From positions 4,650,001-4,714,000 of the forward strand of contig NC_079238.1 of assembly GCF_027921745.1 (NCBI RefSeq): a DNA stretch of 64,000 nucleotides. The letters are read 5' to 3'. Source of the stretch: Schizosaccharomyces osmophilus. Its lineage: Eukaryota. A program made the position numbers and the translations under genes. Positions 55,367 through 64,000 of the stretch are shown here, in pieces. How positions within the stretch are numbered: position 1 is the first letter of the stretch; each line of letters opens with the position of its first letter. A model generated the notes under the pieces. It had not been told where the DNA came from, made no database searches, and saw only the letters and a list, made by a program, of their open reading frames with translations.

Positions 55367-58300
55367 AGGTTGAGTCAAAAGGAGGAAGAAGAACAAAATT
55401 AAACGGAAATTGAAAACGAATTCAATTTAGATAACCCATTTGAGTTACTGTCACGTATACGTAAAGCGTTTGATTCAGAAAGCCCGATGTATTTACATAT
55501 GATTTCTGTTAATATGCCGGAGATTTTCATTCCAATAACAATGTCTGCAAGCGAGTTAAAAGGGAAGGTTGAAAGTATTATCGTACATGCACCAAAAGTA
55601 TTCATCGATGAGGAGAAGAAAATCGCTTTTCTCTATTGGTATTCTCCAAAAGAATATCAGAAAGAGATCAGGGAAATTACGAGGACGCCTGGAACGCATA
55701 GAAACTTTGAAAATTTTTTTTAGTCAAGTTTTTGTTAACGAAAAGGAAAAATCATGGCTTGCACCTATTCCAAGATTTATGTAGAAAGCATGTCACGGTG
55801 AATTGGATTTCAATCAATTGAGCAAATGGGCAAATAATGTCGATCACAATACACTCGTAAGGGCATTAGCTTTCGCTATCCATTCCGATTTTTATATGAC
55901 AGAACTTTCAAAATACAATTATGAGCACAGAGATCCTTCAGCTGTCATCAGCACAATAAACAATCAGGTTCGAGATAGAACAACGAGAAAGCCATTGAAA
56001 GGATCCTCTCCCAAAAATCAGTACCAATATAGGTCGGGAAAGTTTCCTAAAGGAAACGAACGTACTAACAATTATCAAAGGTCGAAACCTAAAAATAATT
56101 CTCAATAATGGCTAGTCACCGAAAGAAGAGAGAGCGATAGAGACAAACTTACCTCTTTAGACAATTCAAAGGGGTAATTCATCAGAATTCTCTCAGATGT
56201 TGAAAATGCCCCTTCAAAAACTTGAAATAACAGATCTGCCAATTAAAATTTTTATAAATACCGGCGCAGCCGTATCCCTCATCAGAGAGGATTTAGCAAA
56301 ACAAATTACTCCTAGATTTAATCCACAAAATCGCAAATTCGCGGGCATAACAAAAGCCTAGTTAAAGTTAGTGGAAGTCTAACATTACCAGTGAAGGTTG
56401 GCAATCAGAAGCTTTACGAAACATTCATTATCACTCCATCTCTCGAGTACAAAGCGATTATGGGTTGGTCGTTTCTTCCAGAGAATGAAAGGTCTCAATT
56501 TATATGTCGAACAAACATTATGGAATCGGATAGTTTCAAGGAAAAAGACATCCTTGAAAAATATAAATAGATATTTAGCGATCATGCAAACATCCCTAAG
56601 GCGTATCATTAAAAAAATGATTTGAAAATTGAATTAACAGAAGAATTACCCGACTTTACACCCAAACTTAGGCGTTATACACAGAAAGAATTGTCAACAA
56701 TTAAAGACAAAGTACAAGGACTATTAGACAAGGGGCAAAAAGAGAACGTTCCTCAAATTTTTTGAGTGCCCCATTACTGGTCCCAAAGAAAGGAACAGAT
56801 CAATATCGGATGGTTATAAATTATAAACCCTTAAATGCACTTACTAAGAGAGACAATTATCCTTTACCAAATTTTGAAGACATTGTTAGTTGTTTAAGCT
56901 CGGCTAAAGTTTTCAGTACTCTAGACTTAAAGGAAGCTTACCATCTATTCAGACTTCAAGATGATGATGAACACAAAACAGCCTTCAAAACACCATTTGG
57001 AGCTTATGAATATTTGGTTATGCCGTTTGGATTAACGAATGCCCCCGCAAATTTCAGAGATATATCAACAAGACACTGATTCCTTATATACATCAGATAT
57101 TGATTGTATTCCTAGATGATATACTTGTCTTTCTCATCGTCGAGAGAGCAACATGTTGAACATCTTCAAAAAGTTTTAGATAAACTGAAGAAAGCAAATT
57201 TATATCTTAATCGCGAGAAGTGTCACTTTTTTCAGAACAAATTGAAGTTCATGAGTCATATTTTTTCTGCTGATGATATTCAAATAGATCCAGAGCGACT
57301 TGACGCCATTTCACATTGGCCTGTACCATATACACTTAGACAATTACAGTCATTTCTAAGATATATCAATTACTCTCGTAGATTTATGCCAAACTTATCA
57401 AAACTAGCTCGTCCATTATTTGACCTTACCAAGAAAAACGCAAAGGTTAAATGGACTGATAAACAACAACAAGCCTATGATCAAGTTTAACAGGGACTGC
57501 AAAATGTTACTATATCAAAACATTATGATCCCGTCAAAGAAACAACATTAGAAACAGACGCTTCCGATTTAGCTATTGGAGCTATTTCATCTCATAAACA
57601 GGAAAATGGAATTTATCATCCTGTTGCATTCCATTCTGCGACTTTTACGGATCAACAATGAGTTTGGCCAACATGGGAAAAAGAAGCTTATGCGATTATC
57701 GCATCACTTCGAAAATGGTATCACTTTTTAGTTGACACTAGTAAACCCTTCCAAATAATAACAGATCATAAAAACTTGGTATCATTGTTTACAAGGCTCC
57801 GCAATACTCGATCGAAAATGAATTGATGGGTAGCCAAGTTAGATCTACATAATTTCGAAATTATTTACCGGCCAGGAAGGAGAAATGAACCAGCAGATGC
57901 AATATCACGTCGCGCTGATCTCAAAGAATCAAATTATTATTCGTGTCACAACATATCCTTATTTTTCAAACATATTCCATTATATACGAGAACAATACCC
58001 CAAACATTCTAAATTCAGGAATATCCTAAATTATCCAAGTGACAAATATATTATTCATAATGACCTTATTACAAATTCGCAAGGACAAAATTTAGTTCCT
58101 AAAATACCTGACTTGATACAGCTTATATGTAATGAATTTCACGATCAACCAGTTTCAGGTGGACATCGAGGAAAAACATCGACACTAAATATAGTAAGGC
58201 AAAAGTTTTATTGCGAAAATATGACCAAAGACATTGCACAATACATAAAAAATGGTGATACGTGTCAACGAAACAAAAAACGAAACCATCAACGTTATGG

Positions 58301-59428
58301 TAAACTACAACCGCTATTGCCGAACAACCTTTTAAACATTATTAAATGGATTTTATAGTGGGAATACCAAAACCACAAGACAACGATGCCGTTTTAACAA
58401 TTGTTGATCGATTTACTAAAATGGATTGGTTTATTGCTTGCAAAACAACCATGACAGCGGAACAACTTATCGAAACATTTGAAGACAAAATTGTATCTCA
58501 ATATGGTCATTCATTTGACATCGTATCTGACAGAGGACCTGTGTTTACTTCAGCAAAATGGATATAATATGCTACCGATCATAACATATTGCTTCAACTT
58601 TCGTCAGGATATCATCCTCAAAAAAATGGTCAGACTGAGCGTGTAAATCAAATTTTGGAAACATATCTTCGCTGTTATATGAATAAACAATTAGATGACT
58701 GGTCACGTTATCCGCAGTACGCACAGTTATGTTATAACTCGACACAACATTCAGCAATTAAAATAACACCAATGAAAGCCGCGTATGGATTTCAGCCTCT
58801 GTTAACAGATCTTGATATACAATACCTAAACGAATGGGAATTCAACATTCAACAAATGATACGGAATCTACTGAACTTATTTAAGAACGCATACGTCAGA
58901 CAAACCGACGATATGCAAAGTATTATAATCATAAAACGAGTCCTCCTCCTATTTTTCAACCAAATGATCTTGTACTCGTAAAGAATGGTAATCTCGATTT
59001 TTTCCAACAATCGAACAAATGGAACCCGTTATCCTAGGCCCTTTCTCTATCAAAAAGAGAATTGCTGAACATAATTATAGCCTAATTTTTCTTACTTGTA
59101 TCAGCAGACGATACCCTGCTACCTTTCACATTTCCGACTTAGAGCCTTATTATTCGGACGCTAATGCGAACAAGTTTATGAGGTACATTAAAATTTTAAC
59201 AATTGAAGAAGCGGTTAATCCACACAAGCCATCTCTCTACTATTGTCTATACCAGTCAACTCTCCCGGATCACGATTTCCTCTCAGCGACATGGTTACCT
59301 CAACAGATCGTAAGAAAACAAAATTTTTCATTAGTTCGTAATTTTTACCTGCGCGCTTCTACATGATAGAACCGCACGATTTTAAGATTCTTCAATTCAA
59401 GGAAATGACAGAATCTTAGGCCGGGAGG

Positions 59429-59738
59429 TGTCAAGGCCGAGAAATTGTTTTATAATAATACAATAGAGTGTTTATAATGTTATTAGAAAAAGAACAATGT
59501 TACCTCTTTCAAGATGTTTATATACCAAACTTGAAAAGTACGAATCTTCAAATAGGAAGATTCGACGGATCTGGCCTAATAAAATTAGTGTCGCTTATTA
59601 AGCTAATCTAGCCCCTGGACTCAGAAAATACTTATAGTTAACTAAGTAGAGCCCAATTTATACAAATACAACTTTTAACAACCCTTAAATCATACACTCA
59701 GCATTATAATAATACAGCGTAAAATTTCAGCTGTGACA
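59429..59738 (+). repeat. Putative complete 3' LTR (310 bp)
   Basis: Begins TGTCA after purine-rich GGCCGGGAGG, ends TGACA (5-bp terminal inverted repeat), contains the 71-bp repeat. Confidence 0.7.
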
Positions 59739-61145
59739 GTCACAACAGGTGTCTTGTTTATTTTATATATATTATAATATAGTACTTTAAGAGCTTATTG
59801 CTTAATATTGGTGAGAACAATAAGACTAAAGGATGAGATATTGCGAATGGTAAACAAAACAAAGAAATGACTAAATTAACAAATGGGACAGTCCTTTGAA
59901 ACAGAAGTCTCTCGGATAAGGACTTTTTGTTTAACAAAGAGATAGATTACGTTAGCTATCTGAGAAAAGATATATAAACTATGAATCCACAGTCGAACTC
60001 TTCACATTGGAAGACTCGACTGGTTTGGCTAAATAAGATCGTCTTCCTACTTTCAATTTAGTTAACCAGATCCCTGGACATTACTAGCGTCTATACTCGT
60101 AGCACAACACAGTCCAATTAACGAAAACAATCCTACTTTTGTAGTTATTATTTCCACCGGATATTTATTCTCATAACCCGTGAGAATTACTAACGTGACA
60201 CTTTGCTGAAAAATATGGTATGCGTATATAATAACAATATCTAAGTCACCTTTTGAGTACAAGGGGACTGCTTGTTGATATGAGCATTCACTTAGCTTTT
60301 GCTTTTGCTATTGTTCTATGTTCAGTTTACATTACTAAAAATTTTAGCCCTACTCCTAAATGATACCCAAGTTCTGTGTGCAAACGACTTGTTAATAGAG
60401 TAATTAAAGAAAATTTTTAAATGAATTTGTAATTTAGATTATGCCAGAAAAACAGATTCAGCGTTTACTTATGGACTACCTTAATCTTTCTGGAGTTTTG
60501 ATCCGTTCATTCATTCTACCTTACATATGACTTATTTTGCAAAGCATATTGTTTGGGCGACATAATTGTACTCTCAAATATTTTGTTTTGCTATTCCCCG
60601 TCAAGATTTAAATCCTGTTCATGCCAAGAGCTAGGCTATTGCAACAGATCGGCGTTATAACGCATCAATCATAATATTTTACAAAACAGTGTTTTACATT
60701 TACGGTCAAAGAAAAGCAGCATCTGTCGTGGGAGATGGGCACGTTAAACTTCAAATATCGTAATTATGTTTACTGTTTAAAATTTCGAATTAGTGAAAAA
60801 CCTCTTATGACTTGGAAAGCATCTAACCATAATTTTAGCCGGGTGGTTTGTAAGCGTATATGAGATAAAAATTGTACCTTGGACATTTACAGAGTAGGAA
60901 CTGACATTCTCTTCAACTTAGTAATGTACATTTTTTAGGGTTCTTATATAACCGTTTGCACTGGCATCGACAGTTCCTTCTAGCTCTTGAAGTAACAGTT
61001 TCGAAGAGCATCATGTTGCTTACTCTGCAAACAGTTAGAACCGATGATTAAGCTTCGCTTAGCCGATAATCGCCATGACAAAAGCTAAATGAAAGTTACC
61101 ACACATTTATCATCAACACCTCATGATGAGTACTTCAATACAATA

Positions 61146-61153
61146 TACGTCAT
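61146..61153 (-). promoter_or_regulatory. Atf1-Pcr1 (CRE/M26) site ATGACGTA next to the silent M cassette
   Basis: TACGTCAT on + strand, about 140 bp before H2. Confidence 0.45.
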
Positions 61154-61594
61154 GTTACTTCGGAACCCGTCATACACCGGAGAATTCACTGAAACTCATT
61201 AACCAAGCTCTATCTTCGTCAAAGATAGAGCCTGTTTTAAAAATCAAGCTTAAACAGATATCTTAATTTAATCTCCCAGGTAAGTGCCTCAAAAGGTTCA
61301 AGAATGAGAAAGAAGCTCAAAAGGTAGAAAAAGATATATAAAAAGATATAGAGAGATATAAATAGTGCATTCAATTGATTATGACAAATGGGATAAAATC
61401 TGAGCTGACAGTATGCTGCTATGACTGTCAACTTGTCATCAAGTAGATGGACCAAATAAAGTCGGATAACAATTCATAGAACTTGATAAATATACAATTA
61501 GAAGTCTTTTATAGTTTAGATTGTAGGGACTGGAATAACATAATTTTTCTGTATGCACAGCATCCAACCTAATAGCCAGAAACGCCTTCCAAAT

Positions 61595-61750
61595 TTACTG
61601 AACCGTGCTTATATGTAGTTTATAGTTGTTGTGTTTTTGCTTCTTCTTCCTCAAGTTTATTTTGGTTTTATTTGCTAGGGTTAATGAAGAGAGTTTTAGC
61701 TGTATAGCGTCACAAATTTTATAAATTTCCTGTAGTTCCGACGTTTCCAT
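61595..61750 (-). CDS. mat-Mi: Mating-type protein Mi (51 aa)
   Basis: METSELQEIYKICDAIQLKLSSLTLANKTKINLRKKKQKHNNYKLHISTVQ*; divergent from Mc; below the ORF-track cut-off. Confidence 0.85.
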   Translation of the reverse strand: METSELQEIYKICDAIQLKLSSLTLANKTKINLRKKKQKHNNYKLHISTVQ

Positions 61751-61880
61751 GTTTTTGGTTGTTTCTAAGATAAGAATTTATGTTTTTTTTAGGTAATGTA
61801 GTGAGCTGCCCAGTTAGGTTTCTTTGTTCCAGCATATTTATAGGTGGTGTCTGAAACACTACCTTCTATTCAAACATAAA

Positions 61881-62420
61881 ATGCAAGTGAATTCTACTTT
61901 ACCACAAATGCCTAGTGAAATGTCTGATCCAGAATGGAAATTGAAAAAGTACTTAACAAAAGATGCTTTAAAATCTATTGAAGACGGGAGAGGTGCTGCA
62001 TATTTTGTACCAGAGGGCTATACCCCATTACTTGTTCCCATGTCTCAGACCTACCGGTTTGAAAGCTATGGTTTAGCACAGACTCCACAATTGACATCTT
62101 ATAAACTGGATAACTGCAGAGTACCGGGATACATAATGAAGAACATACGAAAGCAAAACATGCCTGCAAGAGCACCGCGACCACCGAATGCCTTCATTCT
62201 ATACCGTAAAGAAAAGCAATCATTACTATCCGAAACCAATCCTGGTATGACTAATGCTGAGGTTTCTAAATTGGTTGGTCAGCTCTGGAAAGAGGAATCA
62301 AATGAAGTGAAGTTGAAGTACTTTAAGATGTCAGAATGTTATAAAACCGAACACGAAAAACTGTATCCAAACTACAAATATCAACCAAGAACGAGGAAGT
62401 CTAAGAATTATTTAAAGTAA
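61881..62420 (+). CDS. mat-Mc: HMG-box mating-type protein Mc (179 aa)
   Basis: PRPPNAFILYRKEK...NAEVSKLVGQLWK...HEKLYPNYKYQPR. Confidence 0.95.
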   Translation: MQVNSTLPQMPSEMSDPEWKLKKYLTKDALKSIEDGRGAAYFVPEGYTPLLVPMSQTYRFESYGLAQTPQLTSYKLDNCRVPGYIMKNIRKQNMPARAPRPPNAFILYRKEKQSLLSETNPGMTNAEVSKLVGQLWKEESNEVKLKYFKMSECYKTEHEKLYPNYKYQPRTRKSKNYLK

Positions 62421-63406
62421 TAGTTTTAATATATTTAATTTATTGATGGTCATTAATTCCTATGAGTGCCTGTAATCCTAGTATTCCCAGTAGTCCAAAT
62501 GAGCAGAGCATACTTACCCGGTAAATTGGTACGGCTGTAAAGTTTTGTGCGACAATGGATAGCGATTATCTAATAAAATTATATTACATCTATTAAAGGT
62601 TTAATTAGCGAATAATGATTCAGGTGACATTTTAGTAGGCGTCAGTAGTCAGGTCATGTCCGACCTAGGAGCGATATAGTTCATACATGTCAAAATACAT
62701 GCGATTGAGTGCCCCAATTCTATTAAAACATGCTGTCTTTTTCTTTCCGTTGATATTCTCCAATATTTTTTTTTCGGAAAACAAATGTATAGGCTTTCTC
62801 TATTGTTTTATGTCGTTCGTTTCCATGGGCAATGTTGCAAAAACGCCGAATGTTGCATAACCATTTTTACAGCCTTTTGAATACGTTAATAGTAGTACTA
62901 TGGTAGTTTTAGAGCTCGTGTATTGTCCGTATATCGTTTTTTATGGTAGGGTGAAATTTAATTATGTCGAAAACCATAGTATTCAGCAGTTTTTTTTGCA
63001 TTTTTGTTTAATTTATACTTTTTATTAATCATATAAAATTATTCAAGTCGGTTTCTTACTAAAAAAAAGTTAATCAATTAATAACTCGGCACCTAGCGGT
63101 TTTCTAAATATCAAACAAATTTTATAAGAAATAAAAAATTAGTCTTATTACAAATAAATTAGTTTAAGCTTGATTGGTTTTGATTTGAAAAAGCAAATAA
63201 ATTGAAGATAGTTTCGAACTATCTTCAGTGACTTGAATGGCAGAATTCCATGTGCACACGTCTAAAAAAGCATTTTTAATTAAAAGAACATAAAATTAGA
63301 AACTATTTTGTAATACTTTATGGTCCTAAAGCTTACATACTGGGTCTCTGCGAACTCAGAAACATTTTCTGCAACATGAAGGGGAAAGCAGCTTAAAACA
63401 AAAGCA

Positions 63407-64000
63407 ATAGACAATTAAATACATGGAAACGAACGACATAAAACAATAGAGAAAGCCTATACATTTGTTTTCCGAAAAAAAAATTTATGAATTCCAAACA
63501 CGCAAAAAATTGAACGGGACCTACTGATAGAAATGGCTTAATAGAACTACTGTATAATTGTATGTACAAAGAAATTGAAAAAAAGTTGTATAGTATTGTC
63601 TATTCCTGCATTATCGGTGCTAGTTAGCGTCGTCTATTGGAAAACCAATTACGCAATTGATTTCTCGTTAAACCAGTTTCAAGACACAATTGGTAGTATT
63701 CTGAAGGTGTAGGATATGGATTATCAACATGAAGTAATAGCCAACGCATTAAATGAGCCTTGATACAATCTGCACAGGTATCTCTGGATGTCACTAAGGG
63801 ACGTCCACTCGCGTTACTTATGTGAATGCAGTTCAATACATTTGGTTTGAAAAGTTGAGCTTGTAAACTGAAGTTAAGAGTGTTTCGCGTGACATTTTCG
63901 TGTATTTTAACATTGCAGACGTGTTTAATTGATTCCAATATTTTAAAGCTCTCAAGAATGTACTTAGCAGGGACGTGTTTAACATCAACCAGTAGTCCAT
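63407..64000 (-). other. mat2-P: Silent P donor cassette (mat2-P equivalent), inverted, truncated by the window end
   Basis: Reverse complement of mat1 41354-41947, no differences seen. Confidence 0.92.
63624..64000 (-). CDS. mat-Pi: Pi, silent copy, 3' part only
   Basis: Translation identical to the C-terminal part of mat1-Pi. Confidence 0.92.
   Translation of the reverse strand, partial: GLLVDVKHVPAKYILESFKILESIKHVCNVKIHENVTRNTLNFSLQAQLFKPNVLNCIHISNASGRPLVTSRDTCADCIKAHLMRWLLLHVDNPYPTPSEYYQLCLETGLTRNQLRNWFSNRRR

Larger units (their letters stand above)
55296..59738 (+). mobile_element. Decayed Ty3/Gypsy (Tf-like) LTR retrotransposon: gag-PR-RT-RNaseH-IN, many frameshifts and stops
   Basis: PR INTGAAVSLI (about 56254, catalytic D replaced by N); RT LDLKEAYH, KTAFKTPFG, VMPFGLTNAPA, FLDDI; RNase H LETDASD; IN MDFI, SDRG, YHPQKNGQTER; purine tract then LTR. 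Confidence 0.95.
61292..62827 (+). other. mat3-M: Silent M donor cassette (mat3-M equivalent): H2 61292-61635, M-specific 61636-62764, H1 62765-62827
   Basis: Bounded by the same boxes as mat1; contains Mi and Mc; same orientation as mat1. Confidence 0.92.

Overview
Eukaryotic DNA from a fission yeast (Schizosaccharomyces; most likely the S. octosporus/osmophilus/cryophilus clade, inferred from 5S-linked wtf genes and gene order). The gene order follows my recollection of the S. pombe chromosome II mating-type neighbourhood: gef3, cyt1, lactonase, lcb1, sim4, rpl10, elp5, rps21, aim21, GNAT, NuoF-like, edc3, mas2, mti3, ctr6, nif1, sui1, nvj2, cms1, rga7, mat1, mag2, rpt6, urea transporter, rpp202. 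Three things stand out. (1) A 4.3-kb cassette between sim4 and rpl10 is bounded by two direct 5S rRNA genes and holds an intact 5-exon wtf poison-antidote-type gene plus a divergent PY-motif membrane-protein gene (wag-like). (2) The mating-type switching system: expressed mat1-P, then a gene-free region with a decayed Ty3/Gypsy LTR element, a silent M cassette in direct orientation, and only about 0.6 kb further a silent P cassette that is inverted and cut by the window end. (3) Strand-specific G/C composition flips sharply across mat1. Gene names rest on recognition of the translations and remembered synteny; no database search was run. Introns were called by eye from GT..CTAAC/T..AG signals and frame continuity.
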